A stretch of 64,000 bases of DNA from a bacterium (GTDB lineage Bacteria; UBA8248): the NCBI GenBank assembly GCA_965200245.1, contig CBDATS010000005.1:512001-576000 (forward strand), read 5' to 3'. This document shows, piece by piece, positions 51,582-61,975 of this stretch (its first letter is position 1; every line of letters starts with the position of its first letter). Made by a program: the position numbers and the translations under genes. The notes beneath the pieces were generated by a model. That model did no database searches and was not told the DNA's origin. It saw only the letters and a program-made list of their open reading frames with translations.

Positions 51582-53831
51582 TTATGCGCTGCTCAGCACC
51601 AGAGCCTCACGAATGTGGTGCGGGCCGACAGGCAATGAAAAGACCGGGACTCCGACAGCGTCCTGAATAGCATTTACTATGGCAGCCGCGGTCGCCACTA
51701 TGGGAGGTTCACCCACACCCCGCATCCCATAAGGCGTGCCCTCGGCCGGATTATCATATAAAACAGCTTTCAAGTCTGGCATATCCATGCTGGTAGGGAT
51801 CAGATATTCGTGGAAGGTATCACCGTGCAAATTTCCATCCGGGCGCCTAGGCTGCTCTTCCATAAGTGCCAATCCGAGCCCCTGTATCATGGCACCTTCA
51901 ATCTGTCCCACGACAGACAATGGATTGATGGCGAATCCAACATCCTGCACACATATAAGCCGCAATACCTTGATCTCGCCTAGTTCGGGGTTCACTGCCA
52001 CGTCCGCTATCTGCCCTGTATGAATCGGACATGGGGGCGGTTTTACGCTTTCGCCTTGCCCAATCAGAAATCCCTGAATTTCAGGCGCCGCCTTGGCCAC
52101 CTGCGAAAGAGCCAAGGCGCGCTCGGGCGCCGAAGCCACTTTGACTTGCCCATCTTCCAAAACCAGATCATCCGCAGCAGCCTCTAGTTTGACACTCGCC
52201 ACATTTAAAATTTTATTACGCAAATCCCGCGCAGCACTCAAAGTGGCCATTCCCACCGCACGCGTAGCCTTACTACCAGATGCAGCCGATGATTCAGGAA
52301 CCGAATCTGTATCACCGTTCGTATAGCGCACCTCATCCAAACTGACACCTAGCTCCTCGGCCGCCAACTGGCACACCGAAGTACTCATACCTGTAAGGTT
52401 CACCGTTCCGGCCACCACTTGAACAGTGCCATCTTGATTCAGACGTACTGTACAACTGGACGCTTCTCCCGGCCCGGGCCAATATCCACAAGCTATTCCA
52501 CGGCCAAGTCTCCAGCCTTCACCCTCAAGCTCACCATTTACTTCGATAGGCTGCCCCCATTTCCCCTCAATGGCGGTCGAGTCCAGAACACTGCGCATGG
52601 ATGGATTCTGCTCGCTGCCAGCCAAGGTTCTATCTCCTGACCGAAGCGAGTTGATCCGCCTTATCTCAAGAGGATCAATCCCCATCTCACGCGCGATGAT
52701 GTCCATCTGCACTTCTGTGGCGAAGTGATATTGTGGCCCGCTGGGAGCACGAACGGGGCCACAAACGGGCCCATTCGTATACACTGTGCAGGCGCGAATT
52801 CTGACGTTGGGAATACGATATGAGGACGAACCCATGAGCATCTTGCTGCTACACTGGAATGGCGCACCTCGACCATACGCCCCGTGATCCATGGTGACGT
52901 CGAGTTCCCTCGCTACAAACGTGCCGTCATTTTTCACCGCCGTGCGTATTGTGATGAAATGAGGGTGCCTTGGATTCACGCCAACATGATCTTCTTCCCG
53001 GGTCATCTCCATGCGCACCGCCCGGTCCGTTTTCAAAGACAACAGAGCGGCTATATGCTCGTAAGTGCTCTTCAGTTTTGCGCCAAATCCACCCCCGATT
53101 TCCGTAGGGATAACACGAACTTGTGTCGCCGCAAGCCCAAGCGCCTCAGCCACGTCCGCTCGAATTGCCCAGGCATCCTGCGTGGTAGTCCAGATCGTGA
53201 CCTTCCCGTCTGCACTGGCTTCGGCGATGCAGGCATGGGGCTCAATATAACCGGCATGCACGAATGGGGTCGTGAAAGTGTGCTCAAAAATGCGGTCCGC
53301 CTCTTGGTATCCAGCGTCGACATCTCCGATCTCTCTTTCAAATTCAGCTATGATGTTCTTGTCGGCATTCGGCCCTAGCCCCAAGTCTCGCCAATTTTCA
53401 TGAACCACAGGGCCTTTGCCGGCCCTGCTATCCAAACCATTCACTACCGGCTCCAAAACTTCATAGTTTACCCGAATCAACTCAATAGCCGCTTGAGCTG
53501 CATCCATATCCTCAGCAGCCACGGCAGCCACAGGTTCTCCGCCGTACCGGACAAAACCATCCTGCGCAAACCAACTCTGATCTTTTATGTTCGCTCCGAA
53601 TCGAATACGAGGAGCATCATCGCGTGTCAATACAGCGCGAACACCGGGAACCTTGCGTGCTTCGGACACATCTACGTTTTTCACTTTTGCATATGGATGG
53701 GGGCTGCCCAAGACCAGCCCGATGAGCGCGCGGCTCGCTGGAACATCCGCCGCATACTTGGCACTTCCAGCCACTTTATCCAGAGCATCAATTCGGACAT
53801 GCCCAAAACCAGCTACATTATAGTCTGTCAT
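51582..53831 (-). CDS. Xanthine dehydrogenase family molybdopterin-binding large subunit
   Basis: R.DA.DKV.G.AKYA.D, SPHPYA, H.YIEPH, IGGGFGAK, TREE, GQIEG and GVGEPP motifs. Confidence 0.93.
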   Translation of the reverse strand: MTDYNVAGFGHVRIDALDKVAGSAKYAADVPASRALIGLVLGSPHPYAKVKNVDVSEARKVPGVRAVLTRDDAPRIRFGANIKDQSWFAQDGFVRYGGEPVAAVAAEDMDAAQAAIELIRVNYEVLEPVVNGLDSRAGKGPVVHENWRDLGLGPNADKNIIAEFEREIGDVDAGYQEADRIFEHTFTTPFVHAGYIEPHACIAEASADGKVTIWTTTQDAWAIRADVAEALGLAATQVRVIPTEIGGGFGAKLKSTYEHIAALLSLKTDRAVRMEMTREEDHVGVNPRHPHFITIRTAVKNDGTFVARELDVTMDHGAYGRGAPFQCSSKMLMGSSSYRIPNVRIRACTVYTNGPVCGPVRAPSGPQYHFATEVQMDIIAREMGIDPLEIRRINSLRSGDRTLAGSEQNPSMRSVLDSTAIEGKWGQPIEVNGELEGEGWRLGRGIACGYWPGPGEASSCTVRLNQDGTVQVVAGTVNLTGMSTSVCQLAAEELGVSLDEVRYTNGDTDSVPESSAASGSKATRAVGMATLSAARDLRNKILNVASVKLEAAADDLVLEDGQVKVASAPERALALSQVAKAAPEIQGFLIGQGESVKPPPCPIHTGQIADVAVNPELGEIKVLRLICVQDVGFAINPLSVVGQIEGAMIQGLGLALMEEQPRRPDGNLHGDTFHEYLIPTSMDMPDLKAVLYDNPAEGTPYGMRGVGEPPIVATAAAIVNAIQDAVGVPVFSLPVGPHHIREALVLSSA

Positions 53832-53928
53832 TTCCACCTCAAAGAAAATTTGACTTAGCCCGCAGTTCACATGAACCCACCATCAATTTCCACTCCCGAA
53901 GCACGGCAGGAAATTCATCACCATCCGT

Positions 53929-54330
53929 TTACTCAGGAACACCCGAAGGTTTGACACCATGCGAAGCTCGAATTCTCGTTTTGATATTTCCCCTCACATT
54001 GAAGTCACCCTCAACCCACACCCATTTTGGAACACAAACCTCGACCAAGTCATCAAGTATCGTGTTGACCACCTGTTCATGGAAAATTTCCCGGTCCCTG
54101 TAATTATTGATGTAGAGCTTCAAGGATTTCAACTCCACAATCTTATCTCCGGGGACGTATTTGATATGGATGGTGGCAAAGTCGGGAAAATTGCTGATTG
54201 GGCAAAGACACGTGAATTCGGGAATGCTGAAATCGACAACATAATCCCGCTGCCCCGATGGATTGGGAACAGCTTCCAGCTTAGCCTCTGAGATCATCTT
54301 CGCACCATACTTCATCTCGTCTTGAGACAT
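53929..54330 (-). CDS. queF: NADPH-dependent preQ0 reductase QueF (unimodular)
   Basis: EFTCLCP...[16 protein letters not shown] and FNVRGNI motifs. Confidence 0.95.
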   Translation of the reverse strand: MSQDEMKYGAKMISEAKLEAVPNPSGQRDYVVDFSIPEFTCLCPISNFPDFATIHIKYVPGDKIVELKSLKLYINNYRDREIFHEQVVNTILDDLVEVCVPKWVWVEGDFNVRGNIKTRIRASHGVKPSGVPE

Positions 54331-54335
54331 TTTCG

Positions 54336-55436
54336 TTATTCTCCAGGGGTCAGATTCACCAGCAGCGCGCCGTCCTTTCGGGCCACAAACGTATCGTGCG
54401 CTTCTTGGTAATTCTTCAAGGGGAACTGATGAGTAATGTACGGTTCCACCTTCATTCTGCCTGCATGAATGAGCGCCAACACTTCATCCCCACAATTTGG
54501 GTTCGCCCTAACGCCGAAAATATCCATTTCCTCGAGCACAACACGTTTCCATGCCATATCAGGAATGTTCTCGGGGATACCGGTGATAGCGACTCGCGCG
54601 CCTTTGCCCCCACAGTCCACACTCCACTTGAAGCTATCCGTGGTTCCAGCCGTCTCCAGCACCACGTTGGCTTTCCTCCCGTCTGTCATTTCCTCGATAC
54701 GCTCTGGCACGCCACCGTCTCGATAGTTGACAACTTCAGCATCTTGCTCTTCTAAAATCGCGAGTCTCCTGCCGCCACCCACGACAATCACGCGACCTGC
54801 TCCCATCGCCTTTGAAGATTCATAGGCGAAAACGCCGATGGGACCTGACCCTAATATCACTACCGTGTCACCAGGGTTGATTCCCGCGCGCTTCGCCGTC
54901 CACAGACCACAACCAGCCGGATCCACGGCGGAACCATGCTCAAAAGACATTCCTTTTGGCATTTTGTGTAACGCGCGTATATTATTGACGACATATTCCG
55001 CATATGAGCCTTGCGTAATATGTCCATATTGCCTATGGCCCGTAATTGTATTCCCATAATTATAGCAGAGATTGTAGCGTCCGATCAGACACATGCGACA
55101 TGCTCCACATCCAGCATGACTCGTCCCCGCAACAGCATCCCCCATCTCAAGGCCGAATCCTTCGGTCATCGGTCCCATGGCTACTATTCTGCCAGCCCAT
55201 TCATGTCCCAAGATGGCCGGAAGCTGGGGCGGCCAGTTGGGTAGATGTCCGCCTTTGATGATTTCGATGTCTGTCCCGCAAATCGTGGTGCACTCTACTT
55301 TTACGAGCACTTCCCCGATGCCTGGATCAGGAACGGGGACGGATTGAATCTCCAGATTTTCAGGCGCGATCATCATGACCGCTTCCATCATGTCTCCTAT
55401 CTCTTCACCGTAGCGCACTTCAAATTGTGAGGACAT
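54336..55436 (-). CDS. Zn-dependent MDR alcohol dehydrogenase (Tdh/sorbitol dehydrogenase-like)
   Basis: ICGTD, GHE, CGACRMC..GRYNLC and GSGPIG motifs; start uncertain. Confidence 0.92.
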   Translation of the reverse strand: MSSQFEVRYGEEIGDMMEAVMMIAPENLEIQSVPVPDPGIGEVLVKVECTTICGTDIEIIKGGHLPNWPPQLPAILGHEWAGRIVAMGPMTEGFGLEMGDAVAGTSHAGCGACRMCLIGRYNLCYNYGNTITGHRQYGHITQGSYAEYVVNNIRALHKMPKGMSFEHGSAVDPAGCGLWTAKRAGINPGDTVVILGSGPIGVFAYESSKAMGAGRVIVVGGGRRLAILEEQDAEVVNYRDGGVPERIEEMTDGRKANVVLETAGTTDSFKWSVDCGGKGARVAITGIPENIPDMAWKRVVLEEMDIFGVRANPNCGDEVLALIHAGRMKVEPYITHQFPLKNYQEAHDTFVARKDGALLVNLTPGE

Positions 55437-55552
55437 AACGAGTTCTCCTATACCCACGTATCTTGCGGATGAATGTTTAAAATGAATGCATATTATTTCA
55501 GAGACTGGCTACATACGTCGCCGCAAGTTATTCAAAAAAAGTTGTGAATTTG

Positions 55553-58500
55553 CTATACGTTCATTTCTCCTTTATACGTTGAATGTACATCTACTTCTTC
55601 TCTAGCAAGCCATTCGCCCGTCCATATACGCCACCAAAATCGACCCACATCGTTTCCTATCAATGACATGACGGGAACCAGAACAAGAGTTATCCCCGTG
55701 GCAAAAAGGAGCCCGAAACACAAACTAATAGCCATGGGTATCAAGAATTGCGCCTGAAAGCTTTTCTCGAACAACATCGGCCCCAACCCTGCCGCGGTAG
55801 TCATTGTTGTTATAACGATCGCTCTCCATCTCGCGACACCAGCCTGCTGGAGTGCATCTTCTATTGGCATTCCGTTTTTGATACTCCGATTTGCGAAATC
55901 CAGAAGTACCAGAGAGTCATTCACCACAACACCGGTAAGCGCCAAAATACCCATCATACTCAATATGGTAATATCGAATCCCATGACGATATGTCCCCAA
56001 ATGGCGCCTACGATACCAAACGGAATGGCACTCATCACGATAAAGGGCTGAAAATAGCTTCTGAACAGCGTGGCCAAAATCACAAAAATGCCGGCAAGCG
56101 CAAGCGTAAAGCCACGAAACAAACTGCCGAATGACTCCTGCGTCTCTTTTGCCTGACCCTCAAATCTAACTCCTACTCCGGTATAACGGTTCGGAAGTCT
56201 TAGGAAGAAATTCGCATTCAGGTCGTTTAGAACCTCAGTGGGATTTGCTCGGTCCCGATCGAGCTCAGCCGTTACGTTAATCACCCTGGACCTGGCAACA
56301 CGCCTGATTTCATCAAGTCCTTGAGCCATCTCGACTTCCGCCACTTCATGGAAAGGGATTTCGGCCCCTGATGACGTTCTGACTCTCATTTTTCTGATGT
56401 CCTCGAGAGAGCGCCTCTCCTCGGGCGGATAGCGAAGTGTGACCTTCACATCATCTCTGCCACGTTGAAGACGCAGGACTTCCAGCCCGAAAAAGCGTGC
56501 GCGCAACTGACGCCCCAAGTCTTCAAGGCTCACGCCCAGTATCCGGGCCTGTGGCTTCAATGATGTTCGGATTTCAAGCTTTCCGGGCCTGAAGTCATCT
56601 TGAATATCAAATATACCGGGATATCTTTCTAGCTCCCGCTTGAACTCCGTGGCTACACTTTTCAACGCCTCAATGTCATCACCATAGAACTGTACATCGA
56701 TAGGTTTGCCACCGGGCGGGCCAGCTCGTCCAGAGCCGAAAGTAAGGCTCATTATATCTGGAATTTTCCCTGTTTTTTCGCGCCAGCGGTTTGTGATTTC
56801 CTCCCCATTTATTCCCCTGGCTTCCGAGGGCAGCAACTCCACAATCACGTGCGCCATATGGCTTCCCGCCTCGACACGTTCACGGGTTTGGCCATATTGC
56901 TGGCCCAACGTCGTAAATATATTTTTCACGATTGGCTCACCCGTTTTCGAACGAAAAACCTCATCAAGAGCAATTGCTGCCCGTTCAATCCTTTGCGACG
57001 CGTTTTTCGTTTGCTGAATCGGAGTTCCCAATGGGAACAGAATCCTGGCTTCCACCCAATCGGAATCGAATTTTGGAAAATACAAAAATCTCACATGCCC
57101 ACCCACGACCAAACCTACCGTCACCATAAAAACCACCAAAGCCAGAGAGATAACCAGATATCTGGCGCTGAGGCAAAATCCCAGAATCGGCGCATATATT
57201 TGATGGATAAGCCAGTTGATTGCTCTATCGATGGCGTTCCTGACGCGCGCAGATATTCCACCCGTCTTGGGTGGTCGCACCCAATGCCCCAAATGAGCTG
57301 GCAGAACAAATAACGACTCTACAAGAGATGCGATTAACGCGGCGATGATAGCCGCCGGAATCACCGCCATGAATTTCCCGGCAGTTCCCTCTACCATCAG
57401 CAAGGGAACGAAAGCCACAATGGATGTCACGATAGTGGCAATAACCGGCAAAATTATTTCATAAGTGCCATCAATAGCAGCTTGAACGCGATTCTTCCCT
57501 CTTTCCATGTGAGAATAGATATTTTCAGCCACTACAATTGCGTCGTCCACCAGTATTCCCAAAACCATGATGAAGGCGAACATTGAAAGCATGTTGAGAG
57601 TACCGCCAGAGAAACTCAAGAAACCCAATGCCGTCATCAGGGAGACAGGGATTCCCATAGCGACCCAAAAGGAAAGACGTATATTCAAGAACAGCCACAT
57701 GGAAATAAAAACCAAACAGAGTCCAACACGCCCATTTCTCATTAAAAGATCGAGTCGATCTCGTATCAAACGCGAGGTGTCCGACCAATGGACCAAATTC
57801 AACCCTTCGGGCAATTCCTCGCGCTTTCTCTCAACGTATTCAATAGCTGCCTTGGAAATCGAAAGCGCATCTTCCTCATCGGTACGATACACTGTGATGA
57901 GCCCGGCCGGCTTCCCATTGAACCGGCCTGTTCTATCACTGTCTTCAAAAGCGTCGACCACACGAGCAATATCGCCAAGTCTCAAGACGGCACCGTCTTG
58001 TTGGGTGAGTATTTCCAGGCGCTCGAATTCCAGACCCGTGTAACGCTTCCCCATCGTCCTGATTCTAATTCTTCGCTCCGGAGAACGGATATCCCCACCC
58101 GAGAGTTCCAGTACGTTCTTGCGAATAATATTTCTGACTCGCTCAAAAGTGAGCCCATAACGGCGCAACATCTCCTCTGAAACCTCGATTGAAATTTCCC
58201 AATCTCTCAAGCCACTCAAAACCACTTTGGATATGTTTGGCATATCCAGCAATTCATCTTTGATTTCCATGGCTTTTCGCTTCAGGATTTCTTCCGAAAC
58301 ATTGCCAAACAAAGAGATATCAACTACCTGAAGTATCTGTTTAACTTCCGCAACGATGGGCTTTTCTATGCCCGCGGGTAATGTGGTGATGCGGCCGATT
58401 TCATTTCTGATGTCTTCCATCAAATCTCGGGAATTCTTGATCCAAGTATGTAGTTCCACCCCAATTTCACATCGACCCTCATAAGCAATCGAAGTGATTT

Positions 58501-58738
58501 TTTTTACCCCCTCTACACCGGTCAAGGCTTCTTCGATTTTGATGCAAACTCCCTCTTCTACCTCTACAGGACTCGCACCTTCCCACGAAATATTGACGCT
58601 GACTCGCTCAAGGGCGAATTGAGGGAACAGTTCGCTGCGGATTTGAAAAATGGCGATAACACCGATAACCAACATTATCGCCATCATAAGATTGGCGAAA
58701 ACAGAATGACTTGTAGACCAAGTCAGAATTTGCTTCAT
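55553..58738 (-). CDS. RND efflux permease (AcrB/AcrD/AcrF family)
   Basis: ANLMM, GILVDDAIVVAEN, GVVVNDSLVL, R.RAI..TT.TT and QAQFLIPMA motifs. Confidence 0.95.
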   Translation of the reverse strand: MKQILTWSTSHSVFANLMMAIMLVIGVIAIFQIRSELFPQFALERVSVNISWEGASPVEVEEGVCIKIEEALTGVEGVKKITSIAYEGRCEIGVELHTWIKNSRDLMEDIRNEIGRITTLPAGIEKPIVAEVKQILQVVDISLFGNVSEEILKRKAMEIKDELLDMPNISKVVLSGLRDWEISIEVSEEMLRRYGLTFERVRNIIRKNVLELSGGDIRSPERRIRIRTMGKRYTGLEFERLEILTQQDGAVLRLGDIARVVDAFEDSDRTGRFNGKPAGLITVYRTDEEDALSISKAAIEYVERKREELPEGLNLVHWSDTSRLIRDRLDLLMRNGRVGLCLVFISMWLFLNIRLSFWVAMGIPVSLMTALGFLSFSGGTLNMLSMFAFIMVLGILVDDAIVVAENIYSHMERGKNRVQAAIDGTYEIILPVIATIVTSIVAFVPLLMVEGTAGKFMAVIPAAIIAALIASLVESLFVLPAHLGHWVRPPKTGGISARVRNAIDRAINWLIHQIYAPILGFCLSARYLVISLALVVFMVTVGLVVGGHVRFLYFPKFDSDWVEARILFPLGTPIQQTKNASQRIERAAIALDEVFRSKTGEPIVKNIFTTLGQQYGQTRERVEAGSHMAHVIVELLPSEARGINGEEITNRWREKTGKIPDIMSLTFGSGRAGPPGGKPIDVQFYGDDIEALKSVATEFKRELERYPGIFDIQDDFRPGKLEIRTSLKPQARILGVSLEDLGRQLRARFFGLEVLRLQRGRDDVKVTLRYPPEERRSLEDIRKMRVRTSSGAEIPFHEVAEVEMAQGLDEIRRVARSRVINVTAELDRDRANPTEVLNDLNANFFLRLPNRYTGVGVRFEGQAKETQESFGSLFRGFTLALAGIFVILATLFRSYFQPFIVMSAIPFGIVGAIWGHIVMGFDITILSMMGILALTGVVVNDSLVLLDFANRSIKNGMPIEDALQQAGVARWRAIVITTMTTAAGLGPMLFEKSFQAQFLIPMAISLCFGLLFATGITLVLVPVMSLIGNDVGRFWWRIWTGEWLAREEVDVHSTYKGEMNV

Positions 58739-60060
58739 TTCACAGGAGCACCGGGAGCAACCCCATTTTGCTCGCTAAGCTTCATGCCAGAAACGGGCTC
58801 GGGAATCGAGGAAAGAATGATACGGGCGTTTTCACTTATTCCACTCCTGATAACGACGCCATCCTGATCTTTTCGAACGACTTCAACCTTCTGGATTCTC
58901 AGTTTACCCTCGTCCAGCAAATACACATGATCCTGCCTGCGTAACGCAGCCCACGGAATGACATACACATCGGGTACTGTGACGCCTTCGATTTTCACCT
59001 CAACAAACATCCCAACGAAAAGGGGAGGATGCTCTCCCGGTACCCAGTTTTTCATTGGCTCAGGAATTTCAACAACGAGCGTGAGCGCGCGCGTAGACTC
59101 ATCAAGCCCGGAATCCACGAGGGAAACTCGTCCTTTCCATTCTATCTTTTTCCCATACTGACTCCAGGATACCTTGGCAGCAGGGAAAAAAGGCTTGACC
59201 TCTTCCTGGCTGCGGGGAAAGGACACCTCACGAATACGACGAAACGCCCAACGCACATCCTCAACCGGCAGTGAGACAGGAACTTCGAGCACCGAAACAT
59301 CATAGATTTTGCCAACGGATTTGCCCGCACTAGCGAAATCCCCCACATCCAAACTCGTTTCTCGCACGCGAGCATCAAAAGGAGCCACGATTTTGGTGCG
59401 AGACAATTGCAGGAATGCTCTCTTGAGCTCCGACCGGACCGCATCCAGGGCTGCGCGTTTCTGCCTCAACTGAACGGGCAGTAGCGCCAGAATGTTTTTG
59501 ATGGACTGAACCGTTCTTTCTTGTCTGAGAAAATTTTGCTGGGATTGATCGTATTGGCCAGAGGAAATAACGCCTTGTCTTTGTAATCTTTCGTTGCGTT
59601 CCATTTCCTGAGCAACCAACTCCATATGGCGCTCGGCGATTTCTAGATCGGCCTGGTGATTCTTCTCCTCTTGCTTTAACTGTGCAATATTGGCTTGGAG
59701 TTGCGCAATTTCCGCTTTGCGGCGCTCGATAGCGATTTTGAAATCTGCGGAGTCAATTTGAAAAAGCATATCTCCTTTTTTGATGAAGCCGCCGGTCCTG
59801 AAACTAGGAGACCGCTCGATTACTTTCCCAGACACTTCAGGCACTATGGAAAGTTCCGTCTTAGGCCGAACGGTTCCGAACCCCTTCACCCAAAAGGTTT
59901 TATCCTGTTTCTTCAAGAGCATGGTCCTGACGAATCTCCGCGACTCAGAAACAGTCAAAACATCGGGTTTTGGTCGATTCTGAATTAGCTGTCTTGTAAT
60001 TACAGTTCCAGCCACCAAAACTACGATGGCCAGAACGACAAATACTTTTTGACGAGACAT
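58735..60060 (-). CDS. RND periplasmic adaptor (membrane fusion protein)
   Basis: N-terminal TM, GTVRP, PEVSGKV, coiled coil and TKIVAPFD; ATGA overlap with the permease. Confidence 0.92.
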   Translation of the reverse strand: MSRQKVFVVLAIVVLVAGTVITRQLIQNRPKPDVLTVSESRRFVRTMLLKKQDKTFWVKGFGTVRPKTELSIVPEVSGKVIERSPSFRTGGFIKKGDMLFQIDSADFKIAIERRKAEIAQLQANIAQLKQEEKNHQADLEIAERHMELVAQEMERNERLQRQGVISSGQYDQSQQNFLRQERTVQSIKNILALLPVQLRQKRAALDAVRSELKRAFLQLSRTKIVAPFDARVRETSLDVGDFASAGKSVGKIYDVSVLEVPVSLPVEDVRWAFRRIREVSFPRSQEEVKPFFPAAKVSWSQYGKKIEWKGRVSLVDSGLDESTRALTLVVEIPEPMKNWVPGEHPPLFVGMFVEVKIEGVTVPDVYVIPWAALRRQDHVYLLDEGKLRIQKVEVVRKDQDGVVIRSGISENARIILSSIPEPVSGMKLSEQNGVAPGAPVK

Positions 60061-60199
60061 AATATGGTCAGCCTCTCCTCTCTAAGCGGTCATGAAGTGA
60101 GCCAAGAAATAAAATTTCAGGCGGGAACTATTCCGTCTGGAATCGAGCGATCCTCCTGCCTGCTTGTTCCTTGTCCACACCATCAATGAAACTCACATC

Positions 60200-60509
60200 G
60201 GCGTCCGCGTCTGCAGACAGGGAATCACCTCATTGAGCCGTTTCATCTTCTTTCGATACGAAGGCAACAACTCCGAGCGGAAACATCCACCCGAACCAAG
60301 CCGATTCCCTTCCATTTCTACTGTGAAGCCAAAGAAGCATTGCGAACCACAGTGTGACATCCCCATGTGTCACGCCGCGCGGCCTCACCCCCTCCTGAAA
60401 GCCTCCCACGCCGCCTCCACGGTCTGCCGGAGGAAGCCCTGCGCCCCACGGTCCTCAATTCATCTCGAAAGGCCGGATTCGTAAAGAATATCATCGTATA
60501 TTCTTTCAT
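60200..60509 (-). mobile_element. Degraded IS256-family transposase N-terminal remnant
   Basis: Fragments NPAFRDEL, RGAQGFLRQTVEA, VVRN, GIGLVRVDV and RSELLPSYRKKMKRLNEVIPCL in different frames. Confidence 0.55.
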
Positions 60510-60631
60510 GGGGACTCACCTCCTCTCTGCTGAATGACTGGGCTTCCAACAACCCCATCTCAGCAACAGCGCCCCGTCTTCTCCTATTCAGCCCTTACAC
60601 CAAATCTGACAGCAACGAAATGGAAACCAAA

Positions 60632-61020
60632 ATGCACGAATATATCATCTGCTTCAGCGACAACTTGAAAATCGCCGTACACCTTTTCAGTCTGCCCGGC
60701 CAATGGTTCGTCTCGGCTCGGGAATATCTGTGTAACAGGATACAGCGGAAGAAAGAACTTGACCACAATCGACATGCCCGTCACTTGAGTAAAGCCATTT
60801 TTTCACCCTCGCGCCTGATTGTCGAGGTTACGCTGTCATTGCAGGCGCTCGCGGACGTCACCCCCACTGGAACAGGCCAATAGGATGCCTACGATAAAAT
60901 CACTTACCTGAAAACAGTTGAAGGCGTCGATCCCGAACAGATCGGCCTGTAAGGTACAGGTTTTGGCGGGGCGCACGCCATTTGGGTAACGGCAGGCGGC
61001 GCTGATATGTGAGTTGTAGT
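60632..61020 (+). pseudogene. Alpha/beta hydrolase N-terminal remnant
   Basis: Fragments FSDNLKIAVHLF, TGYSGRK, FTLAPDCRGY, PLEQ and ITYLKTVEGVDPEQIGL*GTGFGGAHAI. Confidence 0.7.
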
Positions 61021-61022
61021 GA

Positions 61023-61163
61023 ACGAAGCACGTCATGCCCATCCACTATTCGAGCCTACCCCAACTCACGGGAACGCCCGAGGCGTTCATTCAGGAGCTG
61101 CGCAAGTGCGGTCTCAATACGGAGAGCATCGACTTGAAGTCAGGAGAAAACGCAACCATCTAA
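61023..61163 (+). pseudogene. C-terminal tail of an MBL-fold (UPF0173-like) metal-dependent hydrolase
   Basis: KHVMPIHYSSLPQLTGTPEAFIQEL...LKSGENATI*; the 5' part is missing. Confidence 0.6.
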
Positions 61164-61174
61164 TTTCGCTTCTG

Positions 61175-61618
61175 TTACGCGCCGGGTCTCTCGATGAGTT
61201 CGAGTGTGTTGCCGTCCGGATCCTCGACGTAGACAACGTACCCACCCTTGTTGGGGCCTTGGGTGACGGGCACGGGTGGAGAGACAAACTTCACCCCACG
61301 GGGCGCGAGTGTCTCGTACATCCCTTTGAGATCATTGACATTGTATGCGATATGCGCGCTGCCCACGTTGTTCGTGGCGGTATCTATCTTGACGCCGGGT
61401 GCGCCGACATACTCCACGAGTTCGATATGGTAGTCCACACCCCGGACGTAGATGATGCGAAGGTCGGCACCCGGGATACCAGTCACCTTCTCGCTATAAT
61501 CCTGGGGTCGAGTCTCGTCCGAAACGATAGTAAAACCAAGCATTTCGCAGTACCATTTTGCTATCGCAGAAGCGTCAGAGACCGTAAAACTCGTATGGTT
61601 GATACTCACAAGACCCAT
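61175..61618 (-). CDS. VOC (glyoxalase/epimerase-like) family protein
   Basis: NHTSFTVSD, IELVEY, HIAYNV and DPDGNTLELIE motifs. Confidence 0.9.
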   Translation of the reverse strand: MGLVSINHTSFTVSDASAIAKWYCEMLGFTIVSDETRPQDYSEKVTGIPGADLRIIYVRGVDYHIELVEYVGAPGVKIDTATNNVGSAHIAYNVNDLKGMYETLAPRGVKFVSPPVPVTQGPNKGGYVVYVEDPDGNTLELIERPGA

Positions 61619-61975
61619 CTTGTGCCTCCTTTAAAGCTATCGGTTCGGGAACGCATTCCCCCTGTTTCCGCCGTTTTCAAAGACGCAATTATGGCATAGC
61701 GAGGTGTCCAAATTTCAGAAAAACATCGTGAATTCATCTGAATTTATCGAGGTCGATCGCAGCACCAGAGTGACCACCAAGAAAGGAAATTCAGGGAATT
61801 ATAAACAAAAACATACCAAAGATACCCGAGTTTTTCGCACTGCCAGAGTATCCGTCCCCTCCCCGGCAAATCAGGCGCGTATTCATTGGTTCCGCCGGGG
61901 CGGGGTGACGGCGCACTTCATTTTCGCTACAAATGCTCCCTGTTGTCTCTTCTATTTCCTTTTCGGGCGGACGGT

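Noticed and set aside
51582-53831. Aerobic CO dehydrogenase CoxL
   Set aside because: Lacks the AYxCSFR loop; no coxM/coxS adjacent.
36281-54330. Dpd (7-deazaguanine DNA modification) system suggested by a DUF1998 helicase near queF
   Set aside because: No dpdA/tgt-like, dpdB/C or queC/D/E genes; the modifier is an NPPY MTase, and queF lies beyond an IS in a separate block.
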